The notes: a model not told the origin generated them from the letters alone. 64,000 nt of DNA from Candidatus Marinacidobacterales bacterium (GCA_965237955.1 OZ250169.1:7424001-7488000), one strand, 5' to 3'; shown: positions 49,146-59,397, counted from the first letter of the stretch. Numbers and translations: made by a program.

Positions 49146-49610
49146 GGCGTTGGTGCATGAATCAGTTCGGGACACGCACGGATTCTATTGGCGGCCCAAT
49201 TTACTCCCCGACGATCGCTTGTGATTCAGGCTTGCCCAGCTCAGCCATCCGGTTCAATACATTGCACCGATCCTTGCCCCCTGCTTTTGCGATTCGTAGC
49301 CGCGCGCACGAAGGCTGTTTCCGAGCATGCGCTTGTACCTGAAGAAAAGATTCTCGACGGCGCCCTGTCCGCCCTGTCCGCCCTGTCGACGATACCGTGA
49401 CTCCCGCTCGAAGCCTTGGCGCCCGACTTTGCGAATCGTCTCGAGGGTCGCGTTCCGCTGCGCCCACGTGCCCTCGGCGCCGTCCAAAGGCACCGCCCCT
49501 CGTCCGCGGTGCCGACCTCACCGAGCAGCTCGTACACCGACCGAGTATCGTAGGCCCCATCGGCTGTGAAACGTCGGATCGGAGAGTCTTGCCGGTTGCA
49601 CCAAAGCCTC
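49146..49610 (-). pseudogene. IS903-group transposase remnant
   Basis: FTADGAYD, ENLFFRYKR, NVLNRMAELGKP across frames; IR GGCGTTGGTGCATGAATC. Confidence 0.8.
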
Positions 49611-49644
49611 ATCAAGCTAGAATCGATACTGGAGGTTGGCATCG

Positions 49645-50982
49645 ATGCGTAGAGTCGTGGTCGCTATCTTTTTGTGCCTGGTCGCGACGTGGGCATCGTC
49701 CGAGGACAACTGGACACGCTGGCGCGGACCGCGGATGGACGGGATCGCCCACGACAGCAATCCCCCGATCGAATGGAGCGAGACGAACAACGTCAAATGG
49801 AAAGTCGCCGTTCCCGGACACGGATCCTCGACGCCGATTATCTGGGGCGATCTGCTCTACGTGCTGACCGCGATACCGACCGACGGATCGACGCCGCCTC
49901 CCCCACCGCACAGGAATCCTGATGCCACGCAAGGTCGAGGCCGCCGTCGCGGGCGCGGGGCGGGCCCGGCTGCGCCGGCTGATGTCGAGCAGGAGTTCAA
50001 GCTTCTCGCCATGAAGCGCTCGGATGGAAGCGTCGTCTGGGAACGCACCGCGACGAAAGCGGTCCCGCACGAAGGCAAGCAACGGAACAATAGTTACGCG
50101 TCGTCGTCGGCATCAACCGACGGCGAGGTCATCATCGCCTATTTCGGATCCTGGGGGCTGTACTGCTACAACATGGAGGGCAATCTCGAGTGGAGCAAGG
50201 ACCTCGGCGACATGTACACGCGCCGCGGTTTCGGCGAAGGCGCAACCCCGGCGCTTCACGGTGACACCATCGTCGTTCAATGGGACGACGAACGGCAGTC
50301 GTTCATCGCCGCGTTCGACAAGAACACCGGCGAAGAGCGATGGCGAACCGATCGCGATGAAGTCTCGTCGTGGGGAACTCCGCTCGTCGTCGAGCACGAC
50401 GGCCGGTTTCAGGTGATTGCCACGGGCACGAAGAACGTGACTAGCTACGATCTCGAGACGGGCGACGTCGTGTGGTATGGCCCGGGGCTCACGTCGAATG
50501 CTATCCCCTCTTCCGTCGAGCGCGACGGTATCGTCTACGCGACCAGCGGTTTCCGCGGCAACCGAGCGCTCGCCGTTCGCCTGGCTGATGCCAAAGGAGA
50601 CATCACCGGCACCTCGGCAATTTTGTGGCAGCTCGACCGCAACACACCGTACGTGCCGTCGCCGCTTTTGTACGAGGACATCCTCTATCTCGTGAAGAGC
50701 AACAACGCGATTCTCACGGCCGTCGACCCGGCCACAGGACAAGCGCACTACGGTCCGGTTCGACTCGACGGTATCTTCGAGATTTACGCTTCGCCGGTGG
50801 GCGTCGCCGGCAACGTCATCATTCTCGGGCGAGACGGCAATGCTCTCGTTCTCGAGAACGGGCCCAAGCTCAAGGTCCTGGCCGAGAACTCATTAGACGA
50901 CGGCTTCGACGCATCACCAGCGTTCTCCGGCGACGAGATGTACCTCCGGGGCTATCGCTACTTGTACCGAATCTCTAAGTAG
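49645..50982 (+). CDS. PQQ-binding-like beta-propeller protein (BamB-like)
   Basis: NW..WRGP..DG, N.KWK..VPG.G.STPIIWGD, YVPSP, ASP repeats. Confidence 0.88.
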   Translation: MRRVVVAIFLCLVATWASSEDNWTRWRGPRMDGIAHDSNPPIEWSETNNVKWKVAVPGHGSSTPIIWGDLLYVLTAIPTDGSTPPPPPHRNPDATQGRGRRRGRGAGPAAPADVEQEFKLLAMKRSDGSVVWERTATKAVPHEGKQRNNSYASSSASTDGEVIIAYFGSWGLYCYNMEGNLEWSKDLGDMYTRRGFGEGATPALHGDTIVVQWDDERQSFIAAFDKNTGEERWRTDRDEVSSWGTPLVVEHDGRFQVIATGTKNVTSYDLETGDVVWYGPGLTSNAIPSSVERDGIVYATSGFRGNRALAVRLADAKGDITGTSAILWQLDRNTPYVPSPLLYEDILYLVKSNNAILTAVDPATGQAHYGPVRLDGIFEIYASPVGVAGNVIILGRDGNALVLENGPKLKVLAENSLDDGFDASPAFSGDEMYLRGYRYLYRISK

Positions 50983-51628
50983 GACCCGTCGCGAACTGCT
51001 CACGCAGAACCTCGTCGACTTCGTCGGGGTCGAAGTAGAAGGGTCCGATGCCGCCTTTGTATACGATACGTCCGCTGGTGTCGATGACGTAGAACCGCTC
51101 CGGCCACGCGGCGTAACACGCCATGGCGGTGTTCTCGATGTCGTCTAGAAGTGTCTCGGTTTCGACGTCCATCTGATCGACGAACGCTCGTGCAAGCTCC
51201 CGGCGCTCGTCGATGGTCGTCGGCTGCGTATAAACGACGCCCGTGTCTTCGTTATCCGCCATTTGCCATTCGTCCTCGGGATGCGCCTCCTTGACGTACA
51301 CGATGACGAAATGGGCGACTTCCTTGTACTTCACCGAAAGCTCTTCGATGCGCGCCAACCTGGCGCGAAACGGCGGTCACGTGTAGCTACCAAAAGTAAG
51401 AACGAGCGGTTTTTCCGCGTAGAGCTCTGAGATGCGTCGCGTCCCGCCACCGTCCATCGTCAAGAGCTCGACGTCGGGCGCGAGGTCGCCTACCCGAAGC
51501 GAGCCCTCGGTACGGATGTCGTACTCGTTGATTCGGATCCACGCGCGTTTCGTGGCCTCGAAGTAGCCCCAGCCTCCGAGCGCGAGGACGATGAGCGCTA
51601 CCGCACCAACTCCAATCCATTTCTTCAT
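50975..51628 (-). CDS. Iodothyronine-deiodinase-like thioredoxin-fold selenoprotein (Sec at TGA 51377-51379), 217 aa
   Basis: ORFs 51377-51628 and 50975-51358 share a frame: PLVLTFGSYT-TGA-PPFRARL; also VYVKEAHPEDEW and YAAWPERFYVI. Confidence 0.88.
51351..51367 (-). promoter_or_regulatory. Putative bacterial SECIS hairpin
   Basis: CGCGCCA-GGT-TGGCGCG starting 10 nt after the UGA. Confidence 0.75.
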
Positions 51629-51688
51629 CGAAGTCTCCCTCCTGCCGAGTAGCGCTCAGCCTACAGAGCAGGCGGGCGATTGGCAACG

Positions 51689-52066
51689 CTACCGGCTCAC
51701 GATCCCTACACGTTCGACGCCGTTACCGCGCGCAATGTCGAGAACGGCGATCACTTCCGCGTAGCGCAGCCGTTCGTGCGCTCTCAAGAACAAGCTCTTG
51801 TCGGTGCGGGTTTCAAGGATGTCACGGATGCGCATCGGAAGCTCGTCCCGGGCAATCGCTTGCCGGTTGATGGTGACGTTTCCGTCGCGATCGATATCCA
51901 ACACCAGAGCCTCGGTGGGTGCATCAGGCGGTGCCGTGTCCGTTTCGGGGAGGACGACGTCCAGACCCATCTGGGACAGAGGCGTGGCGATCATGAACAG
52001 GATGAGCATCACGAGCATGACATCGATGATGGGCGTCACGTTGATATCACGGTGCATCCTTTGCAT
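51689..52066 (-). CDS. ExbD/TolR family protein
   Basis: INVTPIIDVMLVMLILFMI; LFLRA...Y..V..VLD. Confidence 0.88.
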   Translation of the reverse strand: MQRMHRDINVTPIIDVMLVMLILFMIATPLSQMGLDVVLPETDTAPPDAPTEALVLDIDRDGNVTINRQAIARDELPMRIRDILETRTDKSLFLRAHERLRYAEVIAVLDIARGNGVERVGIVSR

Positions 52067-52164
52067 GGTGGCCTCCTCGGTGTATTGGACACCGAGCCGC
52101 GCCGGAGGTTCCCGATATAATCCCGTCCACGAGTGACGAGCAGAAGACGTTCGACGTAGGCGCG

Positions 52165-52584
52165 AGATCTTCACTGACAAAGTCGCGTTCAACAAAGTTC
52201 TCGGGGTTGAAATCGAATCGATGTCGTTCGAAAGCGCGACGATCCGCTTCGTCAGCCGAGCCGAGCTCATCGGCAACTTCGTACATAAAAGTCTCCACGT
52301 CGTCGTCGTTTCGGCAACGCTCGACCTCACTGGTGGGCTAGTCGCGTATTTGAGCGTTTTGAACGATGGAAGGCAGAACGTCCCAAGAGAAGAGGGAGCG
52401 ACTCGCGAACGTCGGACCGATCGACCTGAGGATCGACTACTTGAGGCCGGGCCTCGGCAAGCACTTCATCGCGACCGAATCGATCCTGCGGGCAGGCAAC
52501 AAGGTCGCCGTTTCTCGAATGGACCTCCACAACGAGGAAAGGGCCCACATCGCCACCGGGACAGGCACCTACTTGGTCGGCTGA
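52165..52584 (+). pseudogene. PaaI/YigI-like thioesterase, frameshifted
   Basis: FNKVLG..., ELIGNF...LH, then [20 protein letters not shown] in another frame. Confidence 0.7.
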
Positions 52585-52779
52585 ACACGAGTCGCCGCGC
52601 GCTCGCGGCGACGGACAGAGTGCACTCCACAGGGGACAGCCACGACGCTCTCAAGTCGATCGACGAACTCCAGCATCTTGGCATTCATAGCGTGGCATCA
52701 GCGTGGCCGTGGGCTGGCACGCCTCGTGCACTCGAGGTCCGTCGAGTAGGTGAAGCGGGGAAAACAAAGGAGTCGGGAA

Positions 52780-53274
52780 ATGAGACGGAAAGCTGAAACG
52801 ATGGGAATCGCACTGATTTTGGGACTGGTTTCGGTGTGGACAGGCTGCGCGACGATACTGAAGGGCACCGGTCAAGGCATGAGCATCACGAGCCGGCCGT
52901 CGGGGGCGGAGGTCCTCGTCGACAACGAGTCGAAGGGAATCACGCCGGTTTCGGCCAAGCTCCGGCGCAAGGAAAACCATACCGTCGTGATCCGCCTCGA
53001 TGGCTATGAGCCCTACGAAACCGTCCTCACCCGACAGACGAGCGGATGGGTGTTCGGCAACATTCTGTTCGGACCGGGTGTGGTCATCGGTATCGCCGTG
53101 GACGCTATCTCGGGCGGGATGTACAAGTTCGAACCGAGCAGCGTGAATGCCGACTTGGGCACGACGGCAAAGGCGACATCATCCGACGGGAAACTTCACG
53201 TCGTATTGGTTCCGAAAGCGAATCCCGATTGGATCAAGGTTGGACAGCTCGAACGCGTGGCCGCTTGGGAATAA
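52780..53274 (+). CDS. PEGA-domain lipoprotein
   Basis: TGCATI; S.PSGAEVLVD...GITP; GNIL.G..IG..VDA.SG. Confidence 0.8.
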   Translation: MRRKAETMGIALILGLVSVWTGCATILKGTGQGMSITSRPSGAEVLVDNESKGITPVSAKLRRKENHTVVIRLDGYEPYETVLTRQTSGWVFGNILFGPGVVIGIAVDAISGGMYKFEPSSVNADLGTTAKATSSDGKLHVVLVPKANPDWIKVGQLERVAAWE

Positions 53275-53291
53275 ACCACATTCGGTCGAGG

Positions 53292-53663
53292 TCAACCGTC
53301 ATGGACCATCACGATCTCGAGGCGGGCAATCTTCCCGCCTCGGATCGTGAAAAGATCGTAGCCTTTCATCGGTGCCGGGAACACCGGTGACGTGCACGTC
53401 CAATACGCACGCGGTCGCCGTCCCGATCGGCGCGGTCGAGGACGAGCTTCATGTCGGGCGGAGGATCCTCCTTCCACGAGTCGCGGAAGGCCTCCCGAAT
53501 AGCTTCGAAGCCTTCATGCGTTTTCGGTTCACCGCTGAAGGGCTCGATGAAAACCGCGTCGTCCGCGAACAGCGACATCATGAGCTCCTCGCGCCGGGGC
53601 CCATTTGCATCGCCTTGAAAAGGTTATCGACAACTTGCTGTTCCACTGCGTCCACTGGCATCG
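53292..53663 (-). pseudogene. SnoaL/NTF2-like protein, frameshifted
   Basis: LFADDAVFIEPFSG ... WTCTSPVFPAPMKGYD.FTI..GKIARLE in different frames. Confidence 0.65.
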
Positions 53664-53700
53664 TTTCTACCTCGCTCGAATTCTGTTAATCTCGCTCGTG

Positions 53701-54087
53701 ATGGTGGAGAAAAAAGCCTCTCTGCAGCGTGACGATCTAATCCGCTTGCGCAAGCTCTTGAACCGTAAGGCGAACGCGAATGGATCAGTGCCGCTCGAAG
53801 AGCTCGCGCTCATGGCGGACCTGCCGGAAGAAACAGGCGTCACCATCGATTTCGAAGCAGCGGAAGAGCTGGGACATCCGTTGGTCGTGCTGCGCCCCAG
53901 CGAGGCGCTTGCCTCCGCCCTGGAGTCTTTGAGCACTCGAGAGCGCGAAGTTGCCGCCCTGGTCGCCAAGGGGCTGACCAACAAAGAAATCGCCGCACGT
54001 CTCCACATCGCACTCGGAACCGTAAAAGATCACGTCCACAACATGCTCGAAAAACAGGCCTCGCGAACCGAACCGCGCGCGCAATGA
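53701..54087 (+). CDS. LuxR-family HTH regulator (C-terminus possibly frameshifted)
   Basis: [38 protein letters not shown]. Confidence 0.8.
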   Translation: MVEKKASLQRDDLIRLRKLLNRKANANGSVPLEELALMADLPEETGVTIDFEAAEELGHPLVVLRPSEALASALESLSTREREVAALVAKGLTNKEIAARLHIALGTVKDHVHNMLEKQASRTEPRAQ

Positions 54088-54126
54088 CCTTTCGAGCTTC
54101 CGCCTTTGGATAGGAATTGACGCTCC

Positions 54127-56187
54127 ATGCTCGCACCCGGTAAGCGTCTTGCCCACTACGAAGTGCTCGGCACATTGGGCAAAGGAGGTATGGGCGAGGT
54201 CTATCTCGCGAACGACACGAAGCTCGATCGCAAGGTGGCGCTCAAAGTGCTCCCGGCGGAGATGGCGACCGACCCGGAGCGGCTGTCGCGCTTCCAGCGT
54301 GAAGCGAAAGCCGTGGCCGCACTGAACCACCCCAACATCGTCACTATCCACTCGGTCGAACAGGCGGACGATGTACATTTCCTGACGATGGAGCTGGTGG
54401 AAGGGAAAACGCTCGATGCACGGATTCCCGACGGCGGCATGGAGCTCTACGATTTCCTCGAGGTCGCCGTTCCGCTGGCGGAAGGGCTCGGCGCCGCTCA
54501 CGACAAAGGCATCGCCCATCGTGACCTGAAGCCGGGCAACGTCATGGCCGGCGACGACGGCCGGGTCAAGATTCTCGATTTCGGTCTCGCCAAGCATCTC
54601 CGAGCCGCGCCGTCGGTTTCATCGGAGCTCGAGACGACGCCCCAGACGCGTAAGGGAACGATCCTGGGGACCGCTCCGTACATGTCACCCGAGCAGGTCG
54701 AGGGCAAAGATGTCGACGTTCGCAGCGATGTTTTCTCGTTGGGCATCATTCTCTATGAGATGGCAAGCGGTGACCGGCCGTTTCAAGGTGACAGCGCCAT
54801 GAGGTTGTTCTCGGCGATCTTGAAGGATGCGCCCGAGCCCATCGACCACGTGCCCGAGGCCGTGGCCCGCATCATCGAGCGATGCCTGGAGAAGGATCCC
54901 TCCGACCGGTTCGAGAGCGCCCGTGAGGTACACGCCACGCTCGCCCAGCTCAAGCAAGGAACTCGCGAGGCGATCGCGAGCTCCGAGAAAGAGATTCCAT
55001 GGATCGCCGTTCTTCCGTTCCGTAATCGAAGCTCTGACCCCGAACTCGAAAGTTTCGGCGACGTCCTCGCCGAAGACATCATCACTGGGCTTTCGCGCTT
55101 TCCATACTATTTCATCGTCGCCGCTAGCTCGACGTTCTGGTTCAAAGGGAGCGAGCAAGACGTCCGCGCTGTCGCTCGGGAGCTCGGCGCACGCTACGTT
55201 CTCGAAGGAAGCGTGAGGACAGCCAACCAAAGCATCCGGGTCAACGCGCAACTATCGGACGCGGTCACGGGAACCGGCCTGTGGGCAGAGACTTTCGATC
55301 GAGACTCGAGCTCACAAGATGTTTTCGCTTTGCAGGACGAGCTTACCGATCGCATCGTGGCGACCATAGCCGATACGCACGGGGTGATCGCTCGTTCGAT
55401 GGGCGCGCTGGTGCGATCGAAACCGGCGGAGCAATTGAGTGCGTACGAATCCATCCTGCAGTACTTCGCCTTCCTCGAAGGCGCGACTTTGAACGAGTAC
55501 GTCAAGGCACGGACCGCGCTCGAGCGTGCCGTCGAGAAAGAACCTCGTTACTCCAGCGCGTGGGCATGCCTCGCCGCCGTCTATGTGGACGACTTTCGTT
55601 TTTTCGAGCAAATGGAAGACCCGCTCGGGCGCGCACTCCGTGCTGCTCGCAAAGCAGTCGAGCTCGACCCCACGAATTCCGTGGCGCACCTCGTGCTTGC
55701 ATTGGCGAGTTTCTTCCGCCGCGACTTCGGAGTTTTCCATTCCGCCGCCGAGCGCGCGATCGCACTCAACCCGAGAGACGCCGGCGCGATTGGTCAGCTG
55801 GGTATCCTCATCTCTTACACTGGCGATTGGGACGGTGGGCTTCGGATCACGCGGAAGGCGATGAAGCTCAACCCTCATCATCCCGGATGGTTTTACTTCA
55901 GCGAGTTCTACGACCACTATCGAAAGCAAGAGTTCGAACCGGCTCTGGTGAGCGCGCAAAAGATAAACATGCCCGGCCACGCCCTCTTCCATGCCGCCGT
56001 CGCCGCTGCTGCTGGGCAATTGGGCCTGAGCCAAGAGGCCAAGGTCGCGGCCGGCGAGCTCCTCGAAGTTTTTCCGGACATCGGCGAGAAGGCCCGTTCG
56101 ATGTACGCCGTCTGGAATTTCTCGGAGGAGCTCATCGACGAGCTCATCGACGGGCTCGAGAAGGCTGGGATCGAGGGTTTGGACTAG
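54127..56187 (+). CDS. Hanks-type Ser/Thr kinase with TolB-like and TPR domains
   Basis: LGKGGMGEVY, VALK, HRDLKPGN, DFG, GTAPYMSPEQ; IAVLPF.N. Confidence 0.95.
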   Translation: MLAPGKRLAHYEVLGTLGKGGMGEVYLANDTKLDRKVALKVLPAEMATDPERLSRFQREAKAVAALNHPNIVTIHSVEQADDVHFLTMELVEGKTLDARIPDGGMELYDFLEVAVPLAEGLGAAHDKGIAHRDLKPGNVMAGDDGRVKILDFGLAKHLRAAPSVSSELETTPQTRKGTILGTAPYMSPEQVEGKDVDVRSDVFSLGIILYEMASGDRPFQGDSAMRLFSAILKDAPEPIDHVPEAVARIIERCLEKDPSDRFESAREVHATLAQLKQGTREAIASSEKEIPWIAVLPFRNRSSDPELESFGDVLAEDIITGLSRFPYYFIVAASSTFWFKGSEQDVRAVARELGARYVLEGSVRTANQSIRVNAQLSDAVTGTGLWAETFDRDSSSQDVFALQDELTDRIVATIADTHGVIARSMGALVRSKPAEQLSAYESILQYFAFLEGATLNEYVKARTALERAVEKEPRYSSAWACLAAVYVDDFRFFEQMEDPLGRALRAARKAVELDPTNSVAHLVLALASFFRRDFGVFHSAAERAIALNPRDAGAIGQLGILISYTGDWDGGLRITRKAMKLNPHHPGWFYFSEFYDHYRKQEFEPALVSAQKINMPGHALFHAAVAAAAGQLGLSQEAKVAAGELLEVFPDIGEKARSMYAVWNFSEELIDELIDGLEKAGIEGLD

Positions 56188-56291
56188 GCGTTCCTGGCGC
56201 CCATCCCGTGGTTAGAAGGCTCGACGGAGCCATCTAGGAACGATTTGTCTCATGACGGAATATCTGCCATTTTGGAGTTAATGTCGCCGTT

Positions 56292-56645
56292 TTGAGACTC
56301 AAAATAGAAACTCCGGGTCGACTTATCCGCCCCCCTGAGGGGAGCTTCTTCCTGTTCGGCCCACGCGGAACGGGGAAAACGACCTGGTTGCGGGAGAATT
56401 TTCCCAAAGCGCTTTTCATCGATTTGCTCAAGCCGGATGTCCATCGAACGCTCATCGCCCGGCCCGCGCGCCGCGCGGAAATCGCGTAAGGAGCGCCGGG
56501 CGAAATCGTCGTCCTCGACGAGGTGCAGCGCGTTCCCAAGCTCCTCAACGTCGTCCACGACCTTGTCGAGCGAGAGAAAGATCGCCGTTTCATTCCTACG
56601 GGCTCGAGTGCACGAATGCTCCGGCGAGGAGGCGTCGACCTCCTC
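56292..56645 (+). pseudogene. AAA+ ATPase (DUF4143-type) fragment
   Basis: FLFGPRGTGKTT, in-frame TAA, LDEVQRVP.LLN.VH, TGSSAR. Confidence 0.8.
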
Positions 56646-56721
56646 CCGATGTGTTCGCTCAGAACGAGAGCGGCTCGCACGGTTCCAAAGAGAAGCGAGC
56701 GTCGATGCCGGTCCGCGCGTT

Positions 56722-57027
56722 TTACGCCGCCGATGTCTTTTTCATCGCCTGGTGCAAATCCCAGTCGGCCTGCAGATGCATCCAGAACTGCGGCGTCATC
56801 TTGAACCGGCGCGCGAGGCGAAGTGCCGTGTCCGCGGTGACTCCCCGCTTTCCGAGGACGAGCTCGTTCAGACGATTCACGGACATTCCGAGCTGCCGTG
56901 CGGCCTCCACCTGAGTGAGACCGAGAGGCACGAGAAACTCCTCCCGCAGCATCTCACCCGGGTGTACCGCAGGCCCGAGCCACGCGGGATCACGAATGAT
57001 AGGCTTCGCAGCAGACTTCGTAGGCAT
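56722..57027 (-). CDS. higA: HigA-family antitoxin
   Basis: HPGEMLREEFL.PLGLTQ, TADTALRLAR, FWM.LQ. Confidence 0.9.
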   Translation of the reverse strand: MPTKSAAKPIIRDPAWLGPAVHPGEMLREEFLVPLGLTQVEAARQLGMSVNRLNELVLGKRGVTADTALRLARRFKMTPQFWMHLQADWDLHQAMKKTSAA

Positions 57028-57283
57028 GATTTCCCTCCCACCGGAACGTCACCCGGTACTGCTCGTTCACCCGGATGCTATGACGACCGCGCTGATTTCC
57101 CTTGAGAGCCTCTGAGCGGTTGCCTGGCGGACTGCCGAGAGCCGAGAGCCGCTGCGCGACGTCCAACATTTTCAGCTTCCGGCGGACGACCGGCCAAAGG
57201 TCTTTCGGAATGCGCCGAGCCTCTTTCGTGGAGCGCTCCCGGAACAAATCGGCCGTCGTTTCATCGGCGAACGACTGAATCAT
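56990..57283 (-). CDS. higB: HigB (RelE-like) toxin
   Basis: MI.SF.D..T, RRKL.ML, PPGN..EALKG, HSIRVN.QYRVTF. Confidence 0.9.
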   Translation of the reverse strand: MIQSFADETTADLFRERSTKEARRIPKDLWPVVRRKLKMLDVAQRLSALGSPPGNRSEALKGNQRGRHSIRVNEQYRVTFRWEGNHAYEVCCEAYHS

Positions 57284-57612
57284 TCTCTATTACATAATAC
57301 ACGTGGATCATGTAACCAAGTTCGATCTTCGGAGGCCAACTTCGAGACCCCAATCTCTCTCGGGCCAAGCGCCCACGACGACGAACTTGCGCATCGAGAA
57401 CATCCCTATAGAGGAAGGCGAGATGACGCCGCAGGTAGCGTCGCGCGTCGCGAGTCCGGATTTCTTCCGCTGTCCTCTCCCCCGAAGCGTCCTACGCCAG
57501 TGGCACATTGGAAGGTCGATAGCGCGCCCCCGACTTCGCGGCGGTCGGCAACGAGTAGCTCGACTTCATGGTGCTCGCTGCATATGATCCCGCCGGAAGG
57601 GAGGCGTCAACT

Positions 57613-58498
57613 GTGGAAGCTCGCCGAATTCTCGTACTCGCACTAGGATCGATTCTCACTGTAGGGCTCGTCGTGCTGCTCGTGGCCAAAGACGATCACG
57701 TCTCAGGCACTGCCAATGGAGAATGGCGGTACTGGGGCGGTGACGAACGTAGCAGTCGTTATTCCCCGCTCGATCAAATCAGCGCCGAACGTACACGTTC
57801 AACCGCAATCCGGGTGAACCGATTTGGCCCATCGAGGAGCGACCCGTTCCGAAAACTGACCTCCCTACCGAAGTCACGTCGCCGACGCAGCCGTTCGTGA
57901 CCAAGCCGGCGCCTTTCGAGCACCAGGGCATCCAGGAGGACGACCTCATCGACTTCACCCCGGAGCTCAGAGCCGAAGCGATCTCAGCGGTGAAGCCGTT
58001 CGGGATGGGCGGTCTGTTCACGCCGCCGTCGCCCGTCGACGCCTCGGACGGCACCGGAGGGACATTCTCGGTACCGGGTGGCTTCGGCGGCGCCAACATT
58101 CCAGGCGGCATCCCGGGCGATCCAGAAACCGGGATCATGTACGTCGCCACGGTGCGAGGCTATAGCATCTACGGGATCGAGCCCGGATCAGCGCAAGGCT
58201 CGAACGCTGGGTACGTATCCAAGGCTGGGGTGCGCACGAGCGTACAAGGGCTTCCCCTTCTCAAGCCGCCCTACGGAAGCATCGTCGCCATCGACATGAA
58301 CACCGGCGAGCACGCGTGGCGTATTCCCAACGGGGACACGCCCGACAACATCAAAAACCACCCGGGTGGAAATTCCAGCGCCGACGAACACGGCGCCAAT
58401 GACGTACATGCACAATGGCAGGCAGTACATCGTGCTCTCGGTCGCGGGTGAGGGCAATGCCGGCCGAGCACGTGGCTGTGACGCTCACCGAAGAATAG
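57613..58498 (+). pseudogene. PQQ-dependent (glucose/quinate-type) dehydrogenase collapsed by internal deletions
   Basis: GEWRYWGGD..SSRYSPLDQI | GEPIWPIEERPVP..SPTQPF..KP, GGAN, KPPYG...AID..TG | PMTYMHNGRQYIV. Confidence 0.8.
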
Positions 58499-58502
58499 GA
58501 CT

Positions 58503-59219
58503 TTGACCTGGAAACACCGGCTCGGCGAGTGGGTCTACGCACGGTTCCGTGTCACACGATTCTTCGTCGAACTGGTGCGCACCGAGATCAACGCAACTGT
58601 CGTCGCGTTCAAGAACACGGTTCTCCCCAGGCGCCGGCGCCGACTTCGTAGGCTTCGAAAGCTAAAGGGAGCACGCGTCAACGTCGCTAGCGGCCCCTTC
58701 GTTCTTCCCGGGTTCGTGAACCTGGATTTGCTATCGAGTCATCCAGACGTTATCGAGTACGACTGTCGCTGGTCGCTTCCGTTCACCGACGCTACCGTGA
58801 CCGGGATTCGCGTAGAGCACTTCCTCGAGCACCTCGAACCGCGCCAGGAGCTCCCGGCTTTCCTCGCTGACTGTCATCGCGTGCTCGGGACCGGGGGCGT
58901 TGTCCGCATCGTCGTGCCCGATGCCGAGCGATTCGTGCGAGCCTATTGCAGTGACGGACTTGATGCGTTCGACGCGCTCGGCGTACCGTCACCGTTTCCC
59001 GAAGACTTGCCGACGCGCATGGATATCGTGAACCACACGTTCCACCAGTGGCACGAGCATCGGTGGGGCTACGACTTCGAAACCCTCGCGCACCGACTGA
59101 AACAAGCCGGATTCTCGAACGTCGAGCGCATGGAGTACCAGCGCTCGCTCGACGACGAGCTAGCGGTCGACCGCGACGAGCACGCGCCGTACTCCCTGTA
59201 CGTCGACGCTGTCAAATAG
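58503..59219 (+). CDS. Class I SAM-dependent methyltransferase-like protein
   Basis: VNVASG....PGFVNLD, EHFLEHL, RVL..GG.VRIVVPD. Confidence 0.8.
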   Translation: MTWKHRLGEWVYARFRVTRFFVELVRTEINATVVAFKNTVLPRRRRRLRRLRKLKGARVNVASGPFVLPGFVNLDLLSSHPDVIEYDCRWSLPFTDATVTGIRVEHFLEHLEPRQELPAFLADCHRVLGTGGVVRIVVPDAERFVRAYCSDGLDAFDALGVPSPFPEDLPTRMDIVNHTFHQWHEHRWGYDFETLAHRLKQAGFSNVERMEYQRSLDDELAVDRDEHAPYSLYVDAVK

Positions 59220-59295
59220 CGTGCGACTCGATTCGGCATTCAGCATTCAGCATTCAGCATCCGGTTCAATCTGGCCGTGACTCATTTCAGAAAAT

Positions 59296-59369
59296 CAACG
59301 CGAGGGCGCAAAGACGCGAAGAAGAGCGCTCACGACTTTGCGTCTTTGCGCCTCCGCGTCTTTGCGTTT
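59296..59369. repeat. REP-like intergenic palindrome
   Basis: AACGCGAGGGCGCAAAGACGCGAAG ... CTTTGCGTCTTTGCGCCTCCGCGTCTTTGCGTT between convergent genes; (CATTCAG)x3 just upstream. Confidence 0.65.
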
Positions 59370-59397
59370 GTTTCTTAGGGTTCGTATCCAGAACAAC

